Shown here: positions 20,481 to 29,267 of the stretch, one piece after another
Layout: the number at the start of each line of letters is the position of its first letter
How positions within the stretch are numbered: position 1 is the stretch's first letter
Assembly (NCBI RefSeq): GCF_005080705.1
Contig: NZ_CP032996.1
Span: forward strand, 30,001 to 62,000
Length of the DNA stretch: 32,000 nt
Direction: 5' to 3'
Origin: Buchnera aphidicola (Therioaphis trifolii)
GTDB lineage: Bacteria > Pseudomonadota > Gammaproteobacteria > Enterobacterales > Enterobacteriaceae
Made by a program: the position numbers and the translations under genes
Notes under the pieces: model-generated
The model's input: the letters and a program-made list of their open reading frames with translations, nothing else
Databases searched by the model: none
Told to the model about the DNA's origin: nothing

Positions 20481-22193
20481 TTATATAAAATAATTATTTA
20501 TTAATTTTTGTATTTTTTTTGTAGTATTTTGTTGTAACACTAATTTAGATAATTGTTTTGCATGTTTAAATTTTGTTGTTCGAATAATTTTTTTAATTTT
20601 TGGTATGTATGATGGATTCATACTAAATTCATTTAATCCCATTCCTAATAATAATATAGTAGCTTTTTCATTTCCAGCAAATTCACCACACATTCCTGTC
20701 CATTTTTCTTCTTTATGAGATACATCAATAACTTTTTTAATTAATTTTAAAACTGATGGATTCATTGGATTATATAAATGAGAAATTAAATCGTTTTTTC
20801 TATCTACAGCAAGAGTATATTGTGTTAAATCATTAGTTCCAATACTAAAAAAATCAACTTCTTTTATTAAATATTTAGAAATAATAGCAGAAGCAGGTGT
20901 TTCAATCATAATTCCTATTTGAATATTTTTATCAAAGTCAATTTTTTTTTTATTTAATATAAATTTTATTTTTTCTAATTCATATTTTAATTGTTGAATT
21001 TCTTCAACTGAAATTATCATAGGAAATAATATTTTTAGCTTTCCAAAACTTGATGCTCTTAAAATTGCTGTTAATTGTGCATGTAAAATTTCTTTTCTAT
21101 CAAGACTAATTCTGATTGCTCTCCAACCAAGAAATGGATTATCTTCTTTTGGAAAATTCATATATGGAATTTCTTTGTCTCCGCCGATATCCATAGTTCG
21201 AATTATAATAGTTTTATTGTTCATCATTATTGCAGCTTTTTTATATTCATGAAATTGTTCTTCTTCTGAAGGTAATTCCATACGGTCCATGAATAAAAAT
21301 TCTGTTCTATATAATCCAATAGATTCTGCTCCATATTTCTTTGCATTAATAATGTCTTGCATATTACTAACATTAGCACTAATTTCGATTTTTTTTTTAT
21401 CAATTGTAATTGCTGGTAATATTCTAAATTTTTTTAATTTTTTTTTTTTTTTTAAATATTTTTTTTTATACTTTTTTAATTTATCAATAATATTTTGAAT
21501 AGGATTAATAAAAATTTTATTATTTATTCCGTCTAATATTATAAAATCTCCATTTTTAACTTTATGAGTTATATTTCCTGTTCCTACAATTGCAGGTATT
21601 TCTAAAGATCGAGCCATAATTGATGTATGTGCTGTTTCGCCACCTAAATTAGTTATAAATCCTTTTATATATTTAAAATTCATTTGTGCTGTTTCAGAAG
21701 GTGTTAAATCATTTGCAATTAGTATTACTTTTTCTTTAATATTTTTTAAATCTACAGTTTTTATATTTAATATATTTCTTAATAATCGATTACCAATATC
21801 CCTAATATCTATTGCTCGATTTTGTAAATATATATTATTAATTTTTTTTATTTTTTGTATTTGTTTTGAAATAGTTAATTCAATTGCAAAAGCAGCAGTA
21901 TTATTTTTTTTTTTAATTAAATTAATTATTTCTTTTTCTAATTCTTCATCTTCGAGAAGCATAATATGCCCTTCGAAAATTTCTGTTTCTTTTGAATTAA
22001 ATATTAATTTTGATTTTTGTTTGATTTCTATTAATTGTTTAATAGATTTTTTTTTAGATTTTAAAAATTTTTTTATTTCAGATTCTATTTCTATATCATG
22101 AATATTTTTTTTATTTATAATAATTAAATCACTTTTAAATAATAAAGCTTTTCCAAAAGCAATTCCTGATGATGCTAAAATACCTGAAATCAT
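20481..22193 (-). CDS. ptsI: PTS enzyme I (phosphoenolpyruvate-protein phosphotransferase)
   Basis: Colinear with E. coli PtsI from MISGILASSGIAFGKALL to the C-terminus, including GGETAHTSIMARSLEIPAIVG (phospho-His), GLYRTEFLFMDR, RTMDIGGDKE.PYMNFPKE.NPFLGWRAIR and FFSIGTNDLTQYTLAVDR. I place the start at the ATG (complement of 22191-22193), which aligns with E. coli M1 and has AAGG 8 nt upstream. The ORF track extends 9 codons further to a TTG at 22220. Confidence 0.95.
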   Translation of the reverse strand: MISGILASSGIAFGKALLFKSDLIIINKKNIHDIEIESEIKKFLKSKKKSIKQLIEIKQKSKLIFNSKETEIFEGHIMLLEDEELEKEIINLIKKKNNTAAFAIELTISKQIQKIKKINNIYLQNRAIDIRDIGNRLLRNILNIKTVDLKNIKEKVILIANDLTPSETAQMNFKYIKGFITNLGGETAHTSIMARSLEIPAIVGTGNITHKVKNGDFIILDGINNKIFINPIQNIIDKLKKYKKKYLKKKKKLKKFRILPAITIDKKKIEISANVSNMQDIINAKKYGAESIGLYRTEFLFMDRMELPSEEEQFHEYKKAAIMMNNKTIIIRTMDIGGDKEIPYMNFPKEDNPFLGWRAIRISLDRKEILHAQLTAILRASSFGKLKILFPMIISVEEIQQLKYELEKIKFILNKKKIDFDKNIQIGIMIETPASAIISKYLIKEVDFFSIGTNDLTQYTLAVDRKNDLISHLYNPMNPSVLKLIKKVIDVSHKEEKWTGMCGEFAGNEKATILLLGMGLNEFSMNPSYIPKIKKIIRTTKFKHAKQLSKLVLQQNTTKKIQKLINNYFI

Positions 22194-22324
22194 AATATTA
22201 CCTTTAATTATAACATGCAATTATCATTTATTTTAATTTAAAAATTAATAAATTATATAGTTAAAATTTTTGATTTCATAGATATTTTTATTAAAAATAA
22301 ATGATAATTATTTTAAAATATAAT

Positions 22325-22582
22325 TTATTTTAATTCCATAAGAATTTTTGTTAAATATTTAACAGCATCTTTTTCATCTGTTCCATTAGCAGTAATAGTA
22401 ATTACAGTACCTTTTGTTAAATTTAAAGTTTGTAAATTAAATAAACTTTTTGCATTTGCAGAATTATTATTTGTTGTTATGATAATTTCAGATTTAAATT
22501 TTTTTGCAGATTTTACAAATTTAGCAGCTGGTCTGGTATGTAATCCATTAGGAGAAATAATTTTTACATTTTTTTGGAACAT
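22325..22582 (-). CDS. ptsH: Phosphocarrier protein HPr
   Basis: 85 aa. [30 protein letters not shown]......[24 protein letters not shown] is colinear with E. coli HPr (His15 and Ser46 contexts). AGGA lies upstream. Confidence 0.97.
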   Translation of the reverse strand: MFQKNVKIISPNGLHTRPAAKFVKSAKKFKSEIIITTNNNSANAKSLFNLQTLNLTKGTVITITANGTDEKDAVKYLTKILMELK

Positions 22583-22868
22583 ATTTATATTCCTATATTT
22601 TTTAATGTTATTTTTATATATTATAAAATAATTTAAAAATAAAATTTTTAAATTAATAATTTTATTATATAATATATTTTTATATTTATTTTTTTTAAAT
22701 TTTATAATATTATTATTAATATATTTAATATTATTTTTTTCATAATTAAATTTATATAAATATTTTTATATTATATATTATATATTTATGAAATATTATT
22801 AATTAAATAATTATTTAATTATGAAATTTTAATTTAATTAATTTTTTAAAATATATTTATTAAAAAAT

Positions 22869-24893
22869 ATGAATTTTATAAAAAAAAAAATATTATATTT
22901 ATATAAATTATTACATTATCATGATTATTTATATCATGTATTAAATATGCCTATTATTTCTGATGAAGAATATGATTTTTTAGTAAAAAAAATAAATTCT
23001 TTAAAAAAAAAAAATATTATTTTTTTTAATGAAATAAAATCTTCATTTATAAAATTAAATAAAATATGTGATATTTATAAAAATAAACATGTAAAACCTA
23101 TGTTATCTTTAGATAATACCTTTGATGTTAATGGATATATTAAATTTCATAATAATATAAAATATTGTTTAAAAAATAAAAATATAAAATTTTTTTGTGA
23201 ATTAAAATTTGATGGAGTTGCATTAAGTTTATTATATAGAAAAGGAATTTTAGTACGTGCATTAACGAGAGGTGATGGAATATATGGAGAAGATGTTACT
23301 AAAAATGCTTATGTAATTAATAATATTCCTATAGTTTTAAATGATTCTACTGTACCAGAATTATTAGAAATTAGAGGTGAAGTATGTATGTTAAAAAAGG
23401 ATTTTAATGATTTAAATAATTTTTCTATCAAAAATAATAAAAAAGTATTTTCTAATACAAGAAATGCAGCAGCAGGGTCATTACGAAATCAAGATATTTC
23501 AATAACAAAAAAAAGAAAATTATTTTTTTTTTGTTATGAATGTAATATTATTTCTGATATTAAAATTTTTAAAAATCATTCAGAACAATTAAATATGTTA
23601 AGTAATTTAGGATTTTGTATTAGTCAATATATTTTATTATCATCTAATTTAAATAAAATTTTGAATTTTTATTATTTAATAAATCAAATAAAAGATTTTT
23701 TATCTTTAAATATTGATGGAATTGTTATAAAAGTAAATTCCTTAATATTACAAAAAAAAATAGGGTATGGAAATAAATTTCCTAAATGGGCTATTGCTTT
23801 AAAATTTAATTCAAAATATGCAAAATCAAAACTTTTAAGTGTTACTTATCAAGTTGGTAGAACTGGTATTATTACTCCTGTTGCAAATTTATTTCCTACA
23901 TTATTATCTGGAGTGATGATTAAAAAAGCATCTTTATATAATAAAAATGAAATTAATAAATTAAATTTATTTATTAATGATTCGGTAATTATTCATAGAA
24001 TTGGTAATGTAATACCTAAAATTAAATCTGTAATTATTAATGATAGAATGAACGATGCTAAAAAAATACTTTTTCCTAAATATTGTCCTTCTTGTAATTC
24101 TTTATTATATAATAATAAAAATTATACTATTATACAATGTCTTGCTGGAAATAATTGTTTAGAGCAAAGAAGAAAATATATAGAACATTTTTTTTCTAAA
24201 AATGCATTATATGCTGAAGGTTTTAGTTCTAAAATAATTTCAAAATTAGTATTCAATAAATACATTTATACACCTTTGGATTGTTTTAAATTAAATGTTC
24301 AAATATTATCAAAGTTAAAATATTTTGGAATAAAATCGGCAACTAAAATTATTAATTCTATTAATAATTGTAAAAATACTACATTAAGTAAATTTATTTA
24401 TGCTTTAGGTATTCCAGAAATTGGATTAGAACATTCTGAATTAATTGCTAATTATTTTGGTTCTTTAAATAAAATATTACATTGTAGTATATATGAATTA
24501 AAAAAAATTAAATGTATTGGAGATATTTGTTCAAGTTCTTTTTTAAATTTTTTTTCTTATCAAAGAAATATTAATAATATTAATAAATTAATTAAAGAAG
24601 GTAAAATTAAATTTATTAATTTAAAAAAAAAAAATATAAAAATCAAAAAAAATATTTTATTTAAAAAAAATATAGTTATAACTGGAAAATTTAAAAATTT
24701 TTTAAGAAAAGAATTAATTAATAAATTAATACATTTAGGTGGTATTATTTCAAATAATATTTCAAAAAAAACAAATTTTTTAATTGTAGGTTCTAATCCA
24801 GGAAATAAAATTATTAAAGCTTCAAATTTAAATATTAAAATAATTTTAGAAGAAGAAATTAATAAAGTTTTATTTAAAAAACATAAATTTTAA
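22869..24893 (+). CDS. ligA: NAD-dependent DNA ligase
   Basis: 674 aa. Adenylation motif CELKFDGVALSLLY, TRGDG..GEDVT.N, LEIRGEV.M, N.RNAAAGSLR, DGIVIK, PKWAIALKF, tetracysteine Zn finger CPSCNS...C...NC, HhH region, and a BRCT-like C-terminus (ITGKF...GGIIS..ISKKT.FLIVG...G.K..KA). Confidence 0.95.
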   Translation: MNFIKKKILYLYKLLHYHDYLYHVLNMPIISDEEYDFLVKKINSLKKKNIIFFNEIKSSFIKLNKICDIYKNKHVKPMLSLDNTFDVNGYIKFHNNIKYCLKNKNIKFFCELKFDGVALSLLYRKGILVRALTRGDGIYGEDVTKNAYVINNIPIVLNDSTVPELLEIRGEVCMLKKDFNDLNNFSIKNNKKVFSNTRNAAAGSLRNQDISITKKRKLFFFCYECNIISDIKIFKNHSEQLNMLSNLGFCISQYILLSSNLNKILNFYYLINQIKDFLSLNIDGIVIKVNSLILQKKIGYGNKFPKWAIALKFNSKYAKSKLLSVTYQVGRTGIITPVANLFPTLLSGVMIKKASLYNKNEINKLNLFINDSVIIHRIGNVIPKIKSVIINDRMNDAKKILFPKYCPSCNSLLYNNKNYTIIQCLAGNNCLEQRRKYIEHFFSKNALYAEGFSSKIISKLVFNKYIYTPLDCFKLNVQILSKLKYFGIKSATKIINSINNCKNTTLSKFIYALGIPEIGLEHSELIANYFGSLNKILHCSIYELKKIKCIGDICSSSFLNFFSYQRNINNINKLIKEGKIKFINLKKKNIKIKKNILFKKNIVITGKFKNFLRKELINKLIHLGGIISNNISKKTNFLIVGSNPGNKIIKASNLNIKIILEEEINKVLFKKHKF

Positions 24894-24897
24894 TATT

Positions 24898-24970
24898 TGG
24901 GTCGTGCAGGATTTGAACCTGCGACCAATTGATTAAAAGTCAACTGCTCTACCAACTGAGCTAACGACCC
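24898..24970 (-). tRNA. lysV: tRNA-Lys (anticodon UUU)
   Basis: Reverse complement: GGGTCGTTAGCTCAGTTGGTAGAGCAGTTGACTTTTAATCAATTGGTCGCAGGTTCAAATCCTGCACGACCCA. Perfect cloverleaf, anticodon loop CTTTTAA. Begins 4 nt after the ligA stop. No encoded CCA. Confidence 0.94.
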
Positions 24971-24979
24971 ATCTTATTA

Positions 24980-25052
24980 TGGGTAATGACGGATTCGAAC
25001 CGCCGACTTCCTCCGTGTAAAGGAGGCGCTCTACCAACTGAGCTAATCACCC
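24980..25052 (-). tRNA. valU: tRNA-Val (anticodon UAC)
   Basis: Reverse complement: GGGTGATTAGCTCAGTTGGTAGAGCGCCTCCTTTACACGGAGGAAGTCGGCGGTTCGAATCCGTCATTACCCA. Anticodon stem CCTCC/GGAGG with loop TTTACAC. Divergent from gltX, like the E. coli valU-lysV operon. No encoded CCA. Confidence 0.94.
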
Positions 25053-25075
25053 AAAATATTTTAATTCATGAGATA

Positions 25076-25103
25076 ATTATATCTTTCAAGGAAAAATAGT
25101 CAA
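25076..25103 (-). promoter_or_regulatory. Putative sigma-70 promoter of the tRNA-Val/tRNA-Lys operon (TTGACT-16 nt-TATAAT)
   Basis: The minus strand reads TTGACTatttttccttgaaagaTATAAT. The -35 (complement of 25098-25103) matches 5 of 6 and the -10 (complement of 25076-25081) matches 6 of 6. The -10 ends 23 nt upstream of the mature tRNA-Val 5' end. A G/C-containing -35 match is uncommon in this spacer composition. Confidence 0.45.
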
Positions 25104-25197
25104 TATATTATAATAAAATTTTTATAAAAACAATTTATTTTATTATAAAATTTCAATATTAATATAATATTATTATAATTTATATAGGAATTATAAT

Positions 25198-26619
25198 TTG
25201 AAAATTAAAACTAGGTTTGCACCAAGTTCAACTGGTTTATTACATATTGGTAACATAAGAACAGCATTATATTCTTGGTTATTTGCAAAACGTCATAATG
25301 GTTCTTTTGTTTTAAGAATTGAAGATACAGATTTTATTCGTTCAAATAAAATTTATGTGGATAATATTTTAAATACATTAAAATGGTTAGGAATTATTTG
25401 GGATGAAGGACCATATTTTCAAAGTCAAAGATTAGTTTTTTATAAAAATAAAATTAATGAAATGTTAGATTTAGGTTGTGCATATAAATGTTATTGTTCA
25501 GTGAATCGATTAAATAAAATGAGATTAAAACAAATTTCAAATGGTATAAAACCAAGTTATGATCGAAAATGTAGATATGATAATTCTTCAAAAAAAGGTC
25601 ATCAAGAATATGTAATAAGATTTAAAAATCCATTAGAAGGTAATGTGATTTTTTATGATCAAATTAGAGGAAAAATTATATTTAATAATTCTGAATTAGA
25701 TGATTTAATTATTCAACGTAGAAATGGTTTTCCTACTTATAATTTTTGTGTAGTAATAGATGATTGGGATATGAAAATTACACATGTAATTAGAGGAGAA
25801 GATCATATTAATAATACACCAAGACAAATTAATATTTTAAAATCTTTAAATGCTAATATTCCAAATTATGCACATGTTTCTATGGTTATTAATAGTAATA
25901 AAAGTAATCTTTCTAAAAGAAAAAAAGATTCTAGTATTTTAGAATATAAAGAACAAGGTTTTTTTAAAGAAGCTATTTTAAATTATTTAATAAAATTAGG
26001 GTGGTCATATAAAGATAAAGAATTTTTTAGTATTGATGAAATGAAAAAATTATTTTCTATTAAAAATGTTAGTAAATCTTCTAGTGAATTAAATTTAAAA
26101 AAATTATTATGGATGAATCATCATTATTTAAATAATATACCAATAGATTTAATTTTAATTAAAAAATTTAAAAAATATTTAAAAAATTTTAAAATTAAAG
26201 TTAATAAAAAAATAAACTTAATTAAAATAATAAAATTATTAAGAAATCGTTGTAATACTTTACAAGATTTAGTATTACAATCAAGATATTTTTTTGAAAA
26301 TGTTGAAAAATTTAATTTTATTTTAATAAAAAAATTTTTTTCTCAAGATTCTTATAAAATAGTAAAAATTATATATCAAAAATTATATAATATAAAATTA
26401 TGGAATTCAGAAAATATAGTTATTTTATTTAAAAAAATTTCTCAAAAATATTTTATTTCATTAAAAAATATTTATATGTCATTACGAATTGCAATTACTG
26501 GTTTAGAAGAATCTCCTAGTATAAATACTATTATGGATATTATTGGTAAAAATGAATCTTTAAAAAGATTAAAAAAATTATTATATTGTTTAAAAAATTA
26601 TAAAAATATGTTAAATTAA
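25198..26619 (+). CDS. gltX: Glutamate--tRNA ligase
   Basis: 473 aa. (M)KIKTRFAPSSTGLLHIGNIRTALYSWLFA...FVLRIEDTD matches the E. coli GltX N-terminus residue for residue, which fixes the TTG start at 25198-25200 (AGGA 8 nt upstream). Also PTYNFCVVIDDWDMKITHVIRGEDHINNTPRQINILK and LSKR. Confidence 0.96.
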   Translation: MKIKTRFAPSSTGLLHIGNIRTALYSWLFAKRHNGSFVLRIEDTDFIRSNKIYVDNILNTLKWLGIIWDEGPYFQSQRLVFYKNKINEMLDLGCAYKCYCSVNRLNKMRLKQISNGIKPSYDRKCRYDNSSKKGHQEYVIRFKNPLEGNVIFYDQIRGKIIFNNSELDDLIIQRRNGFPTYNFCVVIDDWDMKITHVIRGEDHINNTPRQINILKSLNANIPNYAHVSMVINSNKSNLSKRKKDSSILEYKEQGFFKEAILNYLIKLGWSYKDKEFFSIDEMKKLFSIKNVSKSSSELNLKKLLWMNHHYLNNIPIDLILIKKFKKYLKNFKIKVNKKINLIKIIKLLRNRCNTLQDLVLQSRYFFENVEKFNFILIKKFFSQDSYKIVKIIYQKLYNIKLWNSENIVILFKKISQKYFISLKNIYMSLRIAITGLEESPSINTIMDIIGKNESLKRLKKLLYCLKNYKNMLN

Positions 26620-26816
26620 AATAATATATTTTATTTTTTTATTACATTATCAAAATAATATATTAAATAATTTTTCATATTTAAAATATTTAATTATTTA
26701 AATTTAATTTATTTTATATTAAAATATTTTTATTTTATATAATAATATAACATTTTCTAATAATATATAATTTTTTATATATATTGATTTGTATATTATT
26801 GAATTAGGAAATGATT

Positions 26817-28283
26817 ATGAATATTAATTTTTTAAATCATTCTCATTTAGAAAAAATTAAAAAAAATAATTCTTTAAAAAATTCTAATTGGAAATTTTAC
26901 GGAATATTATTATTATTTTTTTTATTTTTTATTTTTTTTATATTTTCTTATTTTTCCAACCATATACAATATCAAATAGTTTATAATAATTTATCTAATG
27001 AAGATAGTATATTAATTATATCAAATTTATTAAAACGAAAAATTCCATATCGTTATATTGCTAATTCTGGAAAATTATTAGTTCCAAAAGATCAAATTGA
27101 TAAAGTTAATTTAATGTTATTAAATGAAAAATTACCAAAAAAAAAAAGTATTGGTTTTGAATTATTTGATAAAGAAAAAATTGGAATTAGTGCTTTTAAT
27201 TTTCAAATTAATTATCAACGAGCCTTAGAAGGTGAATTAGAAAAAACAATTCAAAAAATTAATTTAATTCGAACAGCAACAGTACATATTGCATTTCCTG
27301 AATCTTTATCTTTAACACAAGATAAATCCTTACCTTCTGCTTCAATAATTTTAGATATAAAAAAAAAAAAACATTTAACACATAAACAATGTATAGCAAT
27401 TACTAATTTAATTTCTGCTAGTGTTCCAAATTTATTACCAAAAAATGTTGTTATATTAGATGAATATGGAAATTATTTAAATAAAAAAAAAATATATAAA
27501 AATAATATACAATATTCTAAAATTGATAAAATAAAATTTATAGAAAATAAGTATCGTAAAAAAATTATTTATATTTTAAAATCAATATTTAAATTAAATA
27601 ATATTCATGCACAAGTAACAATTTTAGATCAAAAAGATAATAATTTTAAAATAAATAATTTTAAATTAATACATTATAATAATTTTATTGTAAAAAATAT
27701 TAATAATTTTTTTAATTCTGTTTTTTTAAATAAATCAAATCATTTAATTTATGAATCTTCTAATTCAAAAAAAACAATTTCAGTATTAATATTAATCAAT
27801 GATTTAAAAAATCAAACAAATAAAATAATTCCTATAAATAATACTCAAATAAATAATGTTAAAAAAATAATTATAGATTATTTAAAATATGAAAATTTTA
27901 ATATAAAAAATATTCAAATAATAAATTTACAACTTATTAATAATTCTAAAATAATAGTTAATGATTTTTTTTTAATATATTATTTTAATTTATTTCGAAA
28001 ATATTTATTATATATTATTTTGTTTTTATTTTTTATACAGTTTATTTATTTTTTTATTTTAAGAAATAATAATATTAATAATAAAAACTATAAAATAAAT
28101 ATTAATAATAAAAAAATTAATTTAGATAATATGAATAAAGATATTAATTTAATAAATTTTAAAGATAATATAAAAACGATATATAAAAATGATAAATTAA
28201 TGAATAAAATTTTATATATTTCAAAGAATAATCCTAAATTAATTGCAATGATTATTAAAAATTGGATAAATAAAAAAAAATGA
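26817..28283 (+). CDS. fliF: Flagellar M-ring protein FliF
   Basis: The ORF track opens at ATG 26811. I prefer the second ATG at 26817 because AGGA (26806-26809) is then 7 nt upstream. NLSNEDSILIISNLLKRKIPYRY.ANSGKLLVP, IGFELFDKEKIGISAFNFQINYQRALEGELEKTI and ATVHIAFPE are colinear with E. coli/Salmonella FliF. The C-terminus NPKLIAMIIKNWI matches DPRVVALVIRQWM. The middle part is low-complexity N/K/I. Confidence 0.9.
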   Translation: MNINFLNHSHLEKIKKNNSLKNSNWKFYGILLLFFLFFIFFIFSYFSNHIQYQIVYNNLSNEDSILIISNLLKRKIPYRYIANSGKLLVPKDQIDKVNLMLLNEKLPKKKSIGFELFDKEKIGISAFNFQINYQRALEGELEKTIQKINLIRTATVHIAFPESLSLTQDKSLPSASIILDIKKKKHLTHKQCIAITNLISASVPNLLPKNVVILDEYGNYLNKKKIYKNNIQYSKIDKIKFIENKYRKKIIYILKSIFKLNNIHAQVTILDQKDNNFKINNFKLIHYNNFIVKNINNFFNSVFLNKSNHLIYESSNSKKTISVLILINDLKNQTNKIIPINNTQINNVKKIIIDYLKYENFNIKNIQIINLQLINNSKIIVNDFFLIYYFNLFRKYLLYIILFLFFIQFIYFFILRNNNINNKNYKININNKKINLDNMNKDINLINFKDNIKTIYKNDKLMNKILYISKNNPKLIAMIIKNWINKKK

Positions 28284-29263
28284 TTTTTAATGGTGCAGAT
28301 AAAAGCGCAATATTATTAATGCTACTTAATTCAAAAGAAGCAATTAAAATATTTAAATATTTTAATAAATATGAAATAAAAAAAATTATTTCTTCTATAA
28401 TAAATATTAATTTAGTATCTCAGAGTGATATAAATACGATTTTTAATGAATTTATACTGCAATATGAAAATATTTCAAAATATGTTTTATTAGATAATAA
28501 TTCATATTTAAATAAAATTAAATCTAAAATTTTATATAATAAAAATTTAGATAATTTTTTAAATAAAATATCTAAAAAAAAAATTTTCTTAAAAAAAATA
28601 AAAAAATTAAAACATATTTCTGATAAAAATTTATATTCTTTATTAAAAAATGAACATTCTCATGTTATAACTTCAATATTATTTTTTTTAGATTCAAAAA
28701 CTGCATCAAATGTAATTTCTTTTTTTGAAAACCAACAACAATCTAAAATTATATATTTAATTTCTAAATTTTCACAATTAAAAGAATATGAGTTTTCTAT
28801 ATTAATTGATATTATTGATATTATTTTAATAAAATATAAGAGGATTTCTTATAATAAAAAAAGTTTAATAACAGCTATTGATATTTTAAATACTAATAAT
28901 TTTAATAACAATCATAATATTATTGATAATATTTATAAACATGATAATAAAATTGGAAAAAAAATATTTTATAAAATATTTTCTTTTGAAGATATTGTTA
29001 AATTAACTGATGAGAGTATTATTTTTTTAATAAAAAATATTGATGAATATAAAATATTAATTTCTTTATATCATGCTAAAAAATCTATAAAATATAAATT
29101 TTTTAAACATTGTCCTAAATTAAAAGATAATATAATAATTTTAGAATCTGATAAAGATAGATACATATCTTATGATAATGTAATAAATGCTAAAAATTTT
29201 ATTGTATCAAAGATACGTGTATTATTAAAAAAAAAAGAAATATCAATGATGAATTTGAGTTAA
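28280..29263 (+). CDS. fliG: Flagellar motor switch protein FliG
   Basis: 327 aa. GADKSAILLMLLNSKEAIKIFKYFNKYEI, LLKNEHSHVITSIL (EHPQ-type motif) and IFSFEDIVKLTDESIIFLIKNIDEYKILISL are colinear with E. coli FliG. ATGA overlap with the fliF stop. Confidence 0.9.
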   Translation: MIFNGADKSAILLMLLNSKEAIKIFKYFNKYEIKKIISSIININLVSQSDINTIFNEFILQYENISKYVLLDNNSYLNKIKSKILYNKNLDNFLNKISKKKIFLKKIKKLKHISDKNLYSLLKNEHSHVITSILFFLDSKTASNVISFFENQQQSKIIYLISKFSQLKEYEFSILIDIIDIILIKYKRISYNKKSLITAIDILNTNNFNNNHNIIDNIYKHDNKIGKKIFYKIFSFEDIVKLTDESIIFLIKNIDEYKILISLYHAKKSIKYKFFKHCPKLKDNIIILESDKDRYISYDNVINAKNFIVSKIRVLLKKKEISMMNLS

Positions 29264-29267
29264 TTTT

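Noticed and set aside
21289-21498. 69-aa plus-strand ORF antisense to ptsI
   Set aside because: Shadow ORF. It includes the poly(T) face of the ptsI A16 tract, translated as an F-run.
22194-22220. Nine extra N-terminal codons of ptsI in the ORF track (TTG start, MHVIIKGNI)
   Set aside because: The E. coli PtsI N-terminus (MISGILAS...) aligns exactly with the internal ATG at 22191-22193, which has an AAGG 8 nt upstream. The upstream TTG has no such support.
22800-22821. 22-nt perfect A/T palindrome TAATTAAATAATTATTTAATTA in the ptsH-ligA spacer
   Set aside because: With about 50% pairing probability per position in pure A/T sequence, an 11-bp stem is expected about once in the spacers of this window. 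It is not distinguishable from chance.
27359-27482. Apparent frame discrepancies at poly(A) runs. My hand count gives A12 at 27359-27370, but the track translation (DIKKKKH) needs A13, with a compensating extra A near 27479-27481. A similar pair occurs at 29227-29236 (fliG C-terminus, count 9 against 10 needed) and 29276-29281.
   Set aside because: The ORF track is computed from the same string and shows uninterrupted, homologue-colinear FliF and FliG/FliH reading frames. The segment between the two sites aligns well to E. coli FliF. I attribute the mismatch to my own miscounting of homopolymers across block boundaries rather than to compensating frameshifts. A trivial computational recount would settle it. 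If the discrepancy were real, it would indicate slippage-dependent expression.
27480-28150. Repetitive-looking N/K/I-rich stretches in the middle and C-terminal third of fliF (and throughout fliJ)
   Set aside because: This is compositional low complexity from extreme AT bias in weakly constrained linker regions. I could not identify any exact tandem or interspersed repeat unit.
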